DNA of 64,000 nt from Polyangiales bacterium (GTDB taxonomy: Bacteria > Myxococcota_A > Polyangia > Polyangiales > Ga0077539), in contig JBGARZ010000002.1 of NCBI GenBank assembly GCA_044229975.1, positions 384,001 through 448,000 on the forward strand, written 5' to 3'. The notes below the pieces were generated by a model, which saw only the letters and a program-made list of their open reading frames with translations, did not search any database and had not been told where the DNA came from. Positions 28,109-41,500 of this stretch are shown piece by piece; the first letter of the stretch is position 1; each line of letters opens with the position of its first letter. The translations under genes were made by a program, and so were the position numbers.

Positions 28109-28633
28109 TCAGGTGCGGTTGGCGACGAGGCAACCCAGGAGGGTCACGACGAGAGTCGGGATGAGGCCGAGCACCAGCGCTCGCGCGAAGAGCTGGCTGC
28201 CGAGAAACACGTACTGCGAGAAGTCCGCCGAGTGCATGCACTGCTCGAGGATGTCGGCGCGCACCGGGTCCAGGCCCGCCACGGTGGTGCCGATGGCGCA
28301 CGCGAGGCCGACGCCCGTGAGGTAGCGACCGAAGGCGCTGCCCCAGAGCTTCTTGCGCATCACCACGAAGACCACGATGCCGATGAGCGAGGCGCCGACG
28401 GTGTAGCCCGCGGCGGAGATGAGCCCGTTCTTGCTCGCCTGCGTGCAGCTCTCCTGCGAGAGGTAGGAGGTGGGCGTCGCCGCGAACGACCCGCTGTTGT
28501 CACCGGTCGTCGTGGGCGCGGCGGGGACGGGTGCGGGCGCGACCGCGGCGTCGGCGCCATTGGCGGGTTGCGCGGGCTCGGCGGGCCAGCTCGGGGTGTT
28601 CGCGCGGGGTTGCAGGAGCAGGTTCGGGTGCAT
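28109..28633 (-). CDS. Small multi-pass membrane protein (first gene of tubulin-like operon)
   Basis: Pro/Ala-rich N-terminus followed by about 3 hydrophobic helices. Ends 37 bp upstream of the tubulin-like gene. Confidence 0.7.
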   Translation of the reverse strand: MHPNLLLQPRANTPSWPAEPAQPANGADAAVAPAPVPAAPTTTGDNSGSFAATPTSYLSQESCTQASKNGLISAAGYTVGASLIGIVVFVVMRKKLWGSAFGRYLTGVGLACAIGTTVAGLDPVRADILEQCMHSADFSQYVFLGSQLFARALVLGLIPTLVVTLLGCLVANRT

Positions 28634-28785
28634 TGCGGAGCGCCGGAGCAAAGCCCCCTTCGGGCACATGCGTCAAGGCCGTCGCACCGACGGCCGTCGG
28701 TGTCGCGAAGGTTCGCGGTGACCAGTGCGGCCGGAACATGCGACAGTCGTCGGGCACTCTCGTCTACGGAGGCTTTGGTGGTCCT

Positions 28786-31758
<2,973 letters not shown>

Positions 31759-31809
31759 CTCCAACAGCGCGGTTGCGACGGGCGGTGGTGTCCTTCACCC
31801 TCGCGCGTC

Positions 31810-34746
31810 GTGACCGAGGGCAACGACCCACCGCGCGATGCCTGGCTCGAAGTCGGGACCTCCGCATCCGAACCCGCTCCCCTCACCCAACCTCCCATCG
31901 CATCGGAGTCCTGGCTCCAGGCCGATCCCACCACCCCGGGCGCGGAGCCGGCGCGTCGCAAGGCCAAGGCCTCCGAGCGTGCCGCCCCGACCGCTGCCCA
32001 GGATGCGGCGTCCGTCGCCATCGTCGCCGCGCTCCAACGCGACCTGCCCCTCATGGCGGCGCTCTGGCCCGACGTTCGACCCGCCGAGCTCCTGCGGTCG
32101 CCGCCGCCCGCGGAGGCGTTTCAGGCCCGCTGCGATTTCGCTCGCCGCGCCGTCGACGCCGTCGGTCGTCGCGACGCCGAGTCCCGTGCCCGCGCCGAGG
32201 TCGCGCAGCGTCGGCTCGCCGACCAGCTCTCGCTCCTCGGTCGCGGCGGTGCTCCGGTCGCGGCGGCGCTGGTCGAGCTCGAAGCCCTCCAGGCCGGAGA
32301 GCTCCTCGACGCCGTGCGGACGCTCTTCCGTGACCAGCGAACGCTCTTCGCCGGTGACGTCGCGCGCGTCGACGCCGCGGCGGTGGAGGTCGGCCTCGCG
32401 CCGACGAGAGCGCGAGAGATCCTCGTGGGTGCGGGCTTCACGCTGGAGTCCGTCGAGGCGCGTCCGTGGTCGCCCTTCGCGCAGCTCCCCGGCGCGCCTG
32501 CCACCATGGATCAGCTCGCCGCCGCGCTCATGGCCCACCCCGCGCAGGCCATCGAGCTGCTTCGGCAGGGCGCGGTCGTCGAGTGGCTGCGGGCCAACGG
32601 CGCGAGCCCCAGCGTCATCGAGCGCTCGCGTGAGGTGCGGCTCGCGGCCGAGCGCGGCGGCTCTCCGCGGCTCGCGCTGCACCTCCAGGTGTGGGCCCTC
32701 GGTCGACGTGAGCTGCGCCTCGGGTCGGCGGTGGTTCCGTCGCCGGACTCCGTCGGGTCGATGGTGCGGAGCGGCGCGCTGACCCTCGACGAGCTCGCGG
32801 CCGCCGCGCACGAGGGGCTGCTCGCGACGTGGCTGCGCCTGTCCGGCTGGATCGTCGCCGCGGGCGCCGCGGACCTCGTCGCGCGCCATGACCCCAGCGG
32901 ACTCAAGCGCCTCGCGTGGTCGCTGGGCGAGCCGCTCTACCTCGGGTCGACGCCGATCACCGACGCGTCGTCGCTCGCGCGCGAGTCGCTCGCCAGTGGC
33001 CCTGCGCGCGAGGCCGTCGCCCCGTTGCTCTCGTCGGGCGACCTCATCGCGTGGATGGAGTCGCTCCCGCCGCCGCGCCGCGACGAGCGCTGGCTCGACG
33101 GGCTGCGACGCGCCCACGACGACCCGGCGCAGCGCGGAGACTCGCTGGCGTTCTGGATCGGGGTGTACGCGCTCACCCGCGCGCCGCTCTTCGAGGTGAT
33201 CGACCGGCGCGGCGTGACCCACGCCTTCAACGGGGTCGCCGCGCTCACCGTGACCCCGCAGCTCGCGGACGCGTGGGACGCCCTCAAGCGCTGCCACCGC
33301 AGCGGCGAGCTGCTCGCGTGGGTCATCACCCAGCGCCCCGAGCTCCCGCTGCCGACGCTCCCGCGGCCGCCGCGCGAAGAAGACGCCGAGCTCAACGAGC
33401 TGCTCTGGGCGCTCGGTCATCGCGGTCTGGTGCTGGAGTGGGGCGAGCGCGACCTCGCCATCACGGCGCCCACCGACCTGGTGCGCGCCTACCGCGACGA
33501 CTGGCGCTCCCTGGAGGCGATGCTCCCGCGGGGCCACGTCTTCGCGTGGATCTCCCGCTTCCACGGCGATCGTGCGCTCGTGCCGCGCGACCACGAGGGA
33601 CCGGGGCTCTCCGTCGCGGAAGCGCTGGAGGCGCTGCGCCTGGAGCTGCCTCGCCTCCCGGCGGGCTTCGCGGCGCTCAAGGTGGCCCTGCTCTGCGGAC
33701 TGCGCGCGCTGCCGACGGACCCGTGTCGCCCCGGCGATGACGCCACCGTCGAAGGCTTCGTCGACGTGACCCTCAAGCCCGACGGCGACACGCGCGCCTG
33801 GGAACCTCTGCGCGCCCATGTTCTCCATGGGTCGGCGCTGCTCTGGGTCGCGCTCGACCCGCGGGTGCGCCGCAGCGTGACCCGCTCGCTGCTCCACGCC
33901 GCCTTCGCCGCCTGGAACCCGGGTGTCAACCAGGTCGAGCACGCCGATCGGGTGATGGCTGGCCTGTCGCGCACCTTCGGTCGGCCGGTGCCTTCGCCCG
34001 CCCTCCAGGCGCGGCTGTCTCTCGTCGCCGACGAGGGTCGCCGCTCCATCGAGATGACCCGGCAGCTCGTCGACGCGCGCCGCGGTCGTCGACGCCTCGC
34101 GGCGCTCGCGATGTTCTTCTTCCTCGCGCTCTGCGGAACGGGCGCGCTCCTGCTGCGACCCGCGGCGGGCGTCGGTGAGCAGAGCCCGGGCGCGACCGAG
34201 GCGCTGGTGCGTCTGCGGGTCGAGGTCACCATCCCGGACGCGCAGCGCGGCCACCCGTGGGACCTCGACGGCAGCGGCCCCGAGCTGCACCTCGCGCTCC
34301 AGACGCGCGACGGACCATTGGAGATCGGACCGTGTCAGGCGGGCCGCGAGTGCGCGCAGACCTTCGACAACGTGCGCCTCGCCGCCAACACGCCGCTCCA
34401 GGTGGTGCTCGACGAGGATGACGTCGTGCGGCGCGAGCTCGTCGGCCGCACATGGCTGCGATGGCTGGGCGGTCGCGAGGAGACGCTCCGCAGCACCATC
34501 GGTCCGTGCGTGGTGCGCGTGGAGGTGAAGCGGGTGCTCCAGCTCCCCTCGCCGATCGCTCCGACCCCGACGGCGACCGCCACCACCACGCCTGCCCCGA
34601 CCCGGACCCCACGCGTCGACGCGGGCGCCTCTCCCGCGCGACCCGCCACGACCCGGCGCCCGCGCCCTTCGCGACGCGCGGCCGACGCGGGTGCGGCGAC
34701 CGAGGGGCTCCTCCCGACGCTGCAACGCGAGATCCTCTCGCCATGA
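31810..34746 (+). CDS. Helical-repeat membrane protein with C-terminal C2-like domain
   Basis: Repeated G.(L/V)..W(L/M/V/I) helical units and TM segment LAALAMFFFLALCGTGALLL. After the TM, WDLDGSGPE...VLDEDDVVRRELVG is C2-like. Confidence 0.7.
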   Translation: MTEGNDPPRDAWLEVGTSASEPAPLTQPPIASESWLQADPTTPGAEPARRKAKASERAAPTAAQDAASVAIVAALQRDLPLMAALWPDVRPAELLRSPPPAEAFQARCDFARRAVDAVGRRDAESRARAEVAQRRLADQLSLLGRGGAPVAAALVELEALQAGELLDAVRTLFRDQRTLFAGDVARVDAAAVEVGLAPTRAREILVGAGFTLESVEARPWSPFAQLPGAPATMDQLAAALMAHPAQAIELLRQGAVVEWLRANGASPSVIERSREVRLAAERGGSPRLALHLQVWALGRRELRLGSAVVPSPDSVGSMVRSGALTLDELAAAAHEGLLATWLRLSGWIVAAGAADLVARHDPSGLKRLAWSLGEPLYLGSTPITDASSLARESLASGPAREAVAPLLSSGDLIAWMESLPPPRRDERWLDGLRRAHDDPAQRGDSLAFWIGVYALTRAPLFEVIDRRGVTHAFNGVAALTVTPQLADAWDALKRCHRSGELLAWVITQRPELPLPTLPRPPREEDAELNELLWALGHRGLVLEWGERDLAITAPTDLVRAYRDDWRSLEAMLPRGHVFAWISRFHGDRALVPRDHEGPGLSVAEALEALRLELPRLPAGFAALKVALLCGLRALPTDPCRPGDDATVEGFVDVTLKPDGDTRAWEPLRAHVLHGSALLWVALDPRVRRSVTRSLLHAAFAAWNPGVNQVEHADRVMAGLSRTFGRPVPSPALQARLSLVADEGRRSIEMTRQLVDARRGRRRLAALAMFFFLALCGTGALLLRPAAGVGEQSPGATEALVRLRVEVTIPDAQRGHPWDLDGSGPELHLALQTRDGPLEIGPCQAGRECAQTFDNVRLAANTPLQVVLDEDDVVRRELVGRTWLRWLGGREETLRSTIGPCVVRVEVKRVLQLPSPIAPTPTATATTTPAPTRTPRVDAGASPARPATTRRPRPSRRAADAGAATEGLLPTLQREILSP

Positions 34747-34805
34747 ACCCGGCGTGTCCCTCGCGCACCGCCCCGTTGTAACCTCCGCCCCCGGTACCCC
34801 CAACG

Positions 34806-35522
34806 ATGTCTGGACGACCCCGCACTCTCGCCGTCGCCACGGCGCGCACCCTGGCGATCAGCTTCCCCACGGTCCTCGACCAGCTCCTCGGGCGCACCAG
34901 CATGGACGCGTGCGATGCCCGTCTGAAGCGCTGGTCGCGCGCGCTCCTCGACGACGTCGGCATCCAGGTCTCGGTGCGCGGCGCGGACAACCTCCAGCCG
35001 CGCGCCCCCATGGTGGTGATGTCCAACCACCAGTCGCTCTACGACATCCCGGTGATCTTCCAGGTCGTCGAGCAGCGCCTCCGCATGGTGTCGAAGATCG
35101 AGCTCGCGTCGGTGCCGGTGTGGGGCGCCGCCATGCGCGCGTCGGGCTTCATCTTCATCGACCGCCGCGACCGCGAGGCCGCCATCCGCAGCCTGCGCGA
35201 GGCGCGCCAGATGCTCGACGAGGGCGTGCTCGTCTGGATCGCCCCCGAAGGCACCCGCAGCCGCGACGGCGCGCTCGGCGCCTTCAAGAAGGGCGGCTTC
35301 GTGCTCGCGGAGGAGATGGGCGTCCCGGTGCTACCCATCTCCATCGACGGCACGGCGGCCATCCTCCCGGCGCGCACCTGGGATCTCCAACGTGACCGCC
35401 CCGTGCGCGTCACCGTCCACCCCCGGATGAGCCGCGAGTCGTACGCGTCACGCGAGGCCTTCATGACCGCCGTGCGCGACGTCATCGCCTCCGGCCTCGG
35501 TCCCCAACCCTCGGGCGGATGA
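34806..35522 (+). CDS. plsC: 1-acyl-sn-glycerol-3-phosphate acyltransferase
   Basis: NHQSLYD (HX4D), FIDR, PEGTRS and FKKGGF. Confidence 0.9.
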   Translation: MSGRPRTLAVATARTLAISFPTVLDQLLGRTSMDACDARLKRWSRALLDDVGIQVSVRGADNLQPRAPMVVMSNHQSLYDIPVIFQVVEQRLRMVSKIELASVPVWGAAMRASGFIFIDRRDREAAIRSLREARQMLDEGVLVWIAPEGTRSRDGALGAFKKGGFVLAEEMGVPVLPISIDGTAAILPARTWDLQRDRPVRVTVHPRMSRESYASREAFMTAVRDVIASGLGPQPSGG

Positions 35523-38500
35523 GCGCTTCGGCGCCGTTCACGCCCGCCCGCGAGGAGGCGCGCGTCGACGCCCTCCTCGCCACCGCCCGCACCCGCGGCC
35601 TCGACGGACCGCTCTGGCTGCTCTGCCCGCACGAGGCCCGCCGCGGCGCGCTCCTCGACCGGCTCGCGCGCGCGGGCGGCGGCTGGATCCAGCCGCTCGA
35701 CTGGCACGGCCTCCTCGACCTGCTGGAGCTACGCCTCGGCCTCGCCTCGCGTGCTCGCCTCGCCCCCGTCGACCGGGTGCTCGCCGTCGAGTCCGCGCTG
35801 GAGCTCGCCGCCGTTCGCGACCCCGCGCTCGCCGCGGCGCTTCGCGGCAACGCGCTCGCCGTCGCCCACGCCGTCGCCGACGTCGTCGACACGCTGCGCC
35901 TGCACGGTTGGGACGGCGCGCTCCCGACCGCTCCCGATCGCGGCGCCGCGCGCGTGGCGCTGGCCCACCTCGACGTGTTGAGCCGCGTGACCCGCGCCCT
36001 CGAAGCACACCTCGACGCCGACGGCTCGACCGACCTCCCCCGTCGCCTCGCCGCCCTGGCCGACGTCGCGCCGCGGTCGGTGCTGCGGGGCGTCGTGCTC
36101 TGGGTCGAGGGCGTCGATCACCTCACGCCTCGCGAGCGTCGCGCGCTCGACCTCGCCGCGTCGTGCGGCGCCGCCGTCTCGCTGCCGCCGTGGATCACCA
36201 CGCCCGAACACCCGCCCGACCCATCGAGCGTCGCACCGTCGCTGCTGGAGGCCCTCCGCCATGGCGCCGCACGCTGTGCTGCGGACGACGGCGCGCTCGC
36301 CTGGCACTGCCCCGCCGACCCGCAGGACGAGGCCGAGACGGTCGCGTCGATCATCGAGGCGCACCTCGCGAGCGGCGGTCGTCCCGAAGATGTGGCCGTC
36401 GTGTGCGGAGCAGAGAGCGGCGCATGGCCTCGCGTCGCACGCGCCCTCGACCGCTGGGACATCCCCTGGAACGGCAGCGGCTCCCTCCCGGTGCAACAGA
36501 CACCCTTGTGGCAGATCGTTCGCGCCTCGCTCCGCCTCGCCTGGAACGGCCCCGACGCCATCGACCTCGCCACCGTGCTCACGGCTCCGGGCTCCGGGAT
36601 CTTCGGCACCGAGCGCGACTACTTCCTGTCGCAGCTCCGCCGAAAGCCTCCTTCGACCTGGGTCGAGGTCCGCGAGCTTCTGGCCGGGTCCACCGCCGTC
36701 GACGAGGCCATCGCGGCGTCCGACGCCGCCGAGGTCGCGACGCGACGCTCGCGCGGGGACCAGATCCGCAAGCGCGTGGGCGCCCTGCTCTCCGCGTGGG
36801 AAGACGCCGGTCCCCTCCAGCGCCACTCGGCCGACCAACGCGCCGATGCGCTCCCCGCGGTCTTCGATCGCGCGGTCACCCCGCTGCTCGACGCCGAGGC
36901 CATCGCCCGCTCGGTGCGCGACCCCCGCGCCCAGGCCGCCTGGATCGCCGCGGCCGACGCCATCCGCCCCGCGATGGACCTCGTTCGGCGCCGCCTCGCG
37001 AGCGCGCCCCATCGCGCGCGCCGCCTCTTCGACGTCGAGCGCCTGCTGACCGATCTCGAAGCGTCGTTCGTGGTGTTGCGCGACGGCGCCCCGTCCCCCC
37101 GTCGGGACGGTGTCGCCCTCGTTGGCGAGGACGCCTGGCGCTGCGACCACCCCGCCGTGCTCCTCGTCACAAGCTTCGTCCGCGGGCGCTACCCCAAGGC
37201 CCCTGCGCCCCCCTTGCTCCTCGGTGCCGCCGAGCGCGCCCTCCTGGCGACGCTCTCCGCCGACCTCGCCGCGCTGCCCGACGAGGAGACCCTCCACGCG
37301 CTCGCCCGCCGCGCCACGTTGCGTGTGCTCTCGTCGCCCCGTCGTCGCCTCGTCCTGCTCTCGCCGCGACGCTCGGCCGATGGCCACCGCGCCGAGCCCG
37401 CGCTCGCGTTGCGCGACCTCCTCGACCGCCTCCCACCCGCCGCCCTCGTCGCGCCGCCCGCGCTCGCGCACCACGCTCCCCGCGCCCGCGCGGCCGAGGC
37501 CATCCGGCGCCTGGGCCGCGGTGACGTCGCGACGGCCGTCGCCACCGCCGCCGATCTCGCCCGCGCCGACCTCGCTTGGCGCGACCTCTTTGCTGCGCGC
37601 TTTCTGCCCGACACCGCCTTCGAGGTCGGCGACGTCGCCAAGGCCCTGCTGCGCGCTCTCCCGCACGACGCCAACGACCTGGAGTCCCTCCTCGGCTGCC
37701 ACTACCGCTACCTCGTGACGTCCCTGCTCGACCTGCGCGCCGCGCCGCTGCAGCGTGAAGCCCGCCTCCACGAGTCGGTGCGCCATGCGATCAGCCGCGA
37801 CCTCATCGCCCGCCTCGATGCCGCGCTCGCCACCACCGCAACGCTCTCCCCCGCGGCCATCGAAGGCGCCATCGACGAGTCGGTGCAACAACGCGCTCCC
37901 TGGTCTGGCCGCGCCGACCTGCGAGACGACCGTCGCCGCCTCCTCGAAGACACCCGCGACCTCGCGGCGCACTACCTGGAGATCCGGCGTGCGCTCGGCT
38001 CGGTGGCTTCGCAGATCGCGCCCGAGACGCCCGAGGCGCGGCCCCTCCTGTCGCTACCCGATGGGTCACCGGTGATGGTCCGGATGCCCGCCGCGACGAC
38101 GCTGCGTGTGACGGCTCCGGGCGGTGAGACGGTGCCGGTGCTGGTGCAGCTCACGCGGCAACGGGCGACCTCCCTCGCCTCCCGACGCGACGTCGGCCTC
38201 GACGTCGAGGCTGCACTCCTCTCGCAGCTCCCGACCGAGGGCGCCGGGGTCGTGCTGCGGATGAACCTCGGTCGTCACGCGGTCGACGGCATGGTCGCCG
38301 AGGGATCACCCGCGGCCACCGCTGCCCTCGAATCGATGGTCACCTCCACGGGTCGCAGCGACTGGGTCACCACCGCCCAGCTCACCCTCGACGACCACGT
38401 CGCGGCCACCACCGCGCGCATCACCGAAGCCCTCGCCGTCGTCGACGCCCCGGGCGGAACCTTCGCCCCCCTCGATCGCCACCGCGCCGAGAGCCTCGAC

Positions 38501-38578
38501 CGCGTTGGCGCGCTTCCGTGCAGCCGTTGTGAAGCGCGCCTCGGCTGCCGTGTCGGGCTCCCGGGTGGTGTTCGGTGA
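35519..38578 (+). CDS. AddB/RexB-like subunit (inactive helicase fold plus nuclease-like C-terminus)
   Basis: DEAETVA...DVAVV, LESLLGCHYRY and terminal CSRCEARLGC Fe-S Cys pattern. No Walker A. Overlaps the downstream UvrD-family gene. Confidence 0.72.
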   Translation: MSASAPFTPAREEARVDALLATARTRGLDGPLWLLCPHEARRGALLDRLARAGGGWIQPLDWHGLLDLLELRLGLASRARLAPVDRVLAVESALELAAVRDPALAAALRGNALAVAHAVADVVDTLRLHGWDGALPTAPDRGAARVALAHLDVLSRVTRALEAHLDADGSTDLPRRLAALADVAPRSVLRGVVLWVEGVDHLTPRERRALDLAASCGAAVSLPPWITTPEHPPDPSSVAPSLLEALRHGAARCAADDGALAWHCPADPQDEAETVASIIEAHLASGGRPEDVAVVCGAESGAWPRVARALDRWDIPWNGSGSLPVQQTPLWQIVRASLRLAWNGPDAIDLATVLTAPGSGIFGTERDYFLSQLRRKPPSTWVEVRELLAGSTAVDEAIAASDAAEVATRRSRGDQIRKRVGALLSAWEDAGPLQRHSADQRADALPAVFDRAVTPLLDAEAIARSVRDPRAQAAWIAAADAIRPAMDLVRRRLASAPHRARRLFDVERLLTDLEASFVVLRDGAPSPRRDGVALVGEDAWRCDHPAVLLVTSFVRGRYPKAPAPPLLLGAAERALLATLSADLAALPDEETLHALARRATLRVLSSPRRRLVLLSPRRSADGHRAEPALALRDLLDRLPPAALVAPPALAHHAPRARAAEAIRRLGRGDVATAVATAADLARADLAWRDLFAARFLPDTAFEVGDVAKALLRALPHDANDLESLLGCHYRYLVTSLLDLRAAPLQREARLHESVRHAISRDLIARLDAALATTATLSPAAIEGAIDESVQQRAPWSGRADLRDDRRRLLEDTRDLAAHYLEIRRALGSVASQIAPETPEARPLLSLPDGSPVMVRMPAATTLRVTAPGGETVPVLVQLTRQRATSLASRRDVGLDVEAALLSQLPTEGAGVVLRMNLGRHAVDGMVAEGSPAATAALESMVTSTGRSDWVTTAQLTLDDHVAATTARITEALAVVDAPGGTFAPLDRHRAESLDRVGALPCSRCEARLGCRVGLPGGVR

Positions 38579-41500
38579 GCACCCTTCGCCTCGTCTCCGC
38601 GGGCGCCGGGAGCGGCAAGACCTGGCGCATCGTCGAAGAGCTCGTCGACCGCGTGGCGGGTGGCGTCTCCCTCGACCGCATCGCCGCCGTGACCTTCACC
38701 GAAGCCGCCGCGAGTGAGCTGCAGGAGCGCCTGCGCGCGGGCCTCCAACGTCGCGGTCTCACCGCCGAGGCCGCTGGCGTCGAGCGCGCCAACGTCTGCA
38801 CCATCCACCGCTTCGCCCTCACGCTCCTGCGCCGCTATCCCCTCCCGGCGGCGCTTCCGCCCGACCCCATGGTGCTGGAGCAGGACGAGGCCCGCGCGCT
38901 CTTCCGCCGCTCGCTCCAGTCGGTGCTGCGGGGCGCCGAGCTCGCCATCGACGACGACCTCGCGCAGCTCGTGGAGGCGCTCGTCGAGAAGGCCCGCTCG
39001 CTCGGCATGGGGGCCGATGAGCTCGCGCGCCAGGCGCCCGCCGCCGTCGCGTGTGTCACCGACGTCCTCCCGCCATCGGCCGACGCCGACGCGACCGACG
39101 CGGACTTCCGCCGCGCCCTCGATGCCGCCTTCGCGTGGCTCGACGCGGGCGCCAAACCCCGCAGCACCGACGAGGGCATCCGCCGGGAGCTCCGCTCGTT
39201 GCGACGCGACGGGCCGACCTTCGCCCTCGACGCCGCGCAGCGTGTCCTCCGCGCACCCGCCCCGAGCAAGACCTTCGCGAAAGAACTCCCCGCGCTCCTC
39301 CCCGCCGCCCACGCCATGGCGCTGCGACACCCCGCCGCGCGCGACCGCATCGCGTCCATCGTGGAGGAGGCGTTTCAGCTCGCGGTCGATGCCCTGCGCG
39401 AGTACGCCGAGAGCCGTCACCGTCTCGGGGCGCTGGACTTCGAGGAGATGCAGCTCCGCGCGGTGCAGCTCCTCACCGGCGACGGCCGCGACGACCGCTA
39501 CGCCCGCGCGGTGGCCGCCGAGCTCCCCTACGTGGTGGTGGACGAGTTCCAGGATTCGAGCCCGTTGCAGTTTCGCCTCTTCGAGGTGCTGCGCGCCGCG
39601 GGCACCGAGGTCTGCTATGTCGGCGATCTCAAGCAGGCCATCTACGGCTTCCGCGGCGCCGACTCGTCGCTCTTCAGCGCGCTGCTCTCGCGCGCCTCGG
39701 CCGTCGGCCCCGCCCCCGAGGTGCTCGACCGCTCGCGCCGCTCGCGCCCCGAGCTCGTGCGCTTCGCCAACGCGCTCTTCTCCGTCGCGCTCCCCGCGGT
39801 GGGCGTCCCCTTCGACGCGCTCACCGCCGACAACGACTACACCCGCCTCGGCCTCGCGGAGAGCGCCGATGCCGTCGAGATCCTTCGCGTCCCGGCCAGC
39901 ACGCGCAGCGGTCCCCGCATCGAGCTCGGCGCCCGACGCATCCGCGCGCTGCTCGACTCCGACCTCACCGTGCTCGACCGCGTCACCCGCGCGCCGCGTC
40001 GCGTTCGCCCCGGCGACGTCGCCGTGCTCGGCCGCCAGCGAAGCCAGCTCGGTCAGTGGGCCGACGCGCTACGAACGCTCGGCCTCGCCGTCCACCAGGA
40101 GTCCGACGGCCTCTTCGAGACGTTGGAGGTGCGGCTCACCCGCGCGTGGCTCTCCATGCTCGCGTCGCCGCGCGACCGCTCCGCCGCCGCCATGGTGCTG
40201 CTCTCCGAGCTGTATGGTCTGCGCCAGTCCACCGTCGCCGCGCTCTCCGTGGAGAAGGTCAGCGGATCGCCCCGCCGCGCGCTCGAACTCGCCGCCTCCG
40301 CTCCCGCTCGCCTCACGCTCGTCCCCTTCGAGGAGCGCGCCCTCCAGCGCTGCGACGCCGACCTCCGCGCCTGCCGCGACGCCCTCCGCTCGCTCCCGCT
40401 CGGCGAGGCCGTCGAGGCCGCCGTCGAGCGCGTCGCCCTCGTCGATCGCCTGTCGCTGCGCTGCGACCCCGCCGAGGCCGCCCAGCTCCGCGCCAACGTC
40501 GGCTGGATCATCGCCGAGGCCCACACCCTGTCGGGTCGGCGCGACCACGCGCTCTCCCTTGGCGAGGCCACCGGCGCCACGCTCGAAAACCTCCTGCATC
40601 ACCTCCAGGCGCGATCGTTCGAGCGGCTGCGGCAGCCCGTCGCCCCGCACGACGACGTCGACGCCGTGCGCCTCATGACCCTCCACGGCGCCAAGGGCCT
40701 GGAGTTTCCGGTGGTGCTCGTCGACCTGCTGCACGCCGAGCTCAGGGTGCGCTCCCCCCGCGTCGATGTCGTCCGCCCCGCCGACCTTCTCGCCCCCGAC
40801 GCGCTCCGACACTTTACCCTGCGATGTATCCCCGACACGGGCCTTCCCCCCGTCGATGCGCTCCTGCGCGAGCGCCTTGGCGACCTCGACGAGGAGCTAC
40901 GCGAGGCGCTGCGCCTGCTCTACGTCGGCGTCACCCGGGCGCGTGACCACCTGCTCATCACCTGGCCCTCGGCCGCTCCCAGCAGCACCCGCTTCCTCCT
41001 GCGCGACGCGCTCGCCCGCTCGTTGCCCGAGCTCCCCGCCGCCTCCCCCGACGGCGGCGCCGCGTCGTGGCTCGACGTCCCCGTGCGCGTCTTCGCCGCC
41101 GACGATCGTCCCGCGCCCGTCGCCGCGCCCGCCGTCGCGTCCGTTGATCTCACGCCGTGGCGCGCGCTGGTCGACGACCCTTCGCCCGGCGATGCCCCGC
41201 CGCCACCGCGCACCACCGTCCCGAAACTCGCGCGGGTCACCCCGACGGACCTCTGCAAGGTCGCCGACTGCCCCGAGGTGATGGGCCTCGGCCGCGTCTT
41301 CCACAACGAGCACCTCATGGCCCGCAACGAGGACGTCGACGTCCTCCGCATCGGCGTCCCCAACGCGTATGCCTCGCGGCTCGCGGTGGGCCGCGACGAC
41401 GTCGCTCCCTCCCGCGTGGGTGAGCTCGTCCACGCCGCGGTGAGCCGCGCGGGCCTCCTGGCGCCGAGCGCCTACGACGTCACCGACGAACAGCTCGCCG

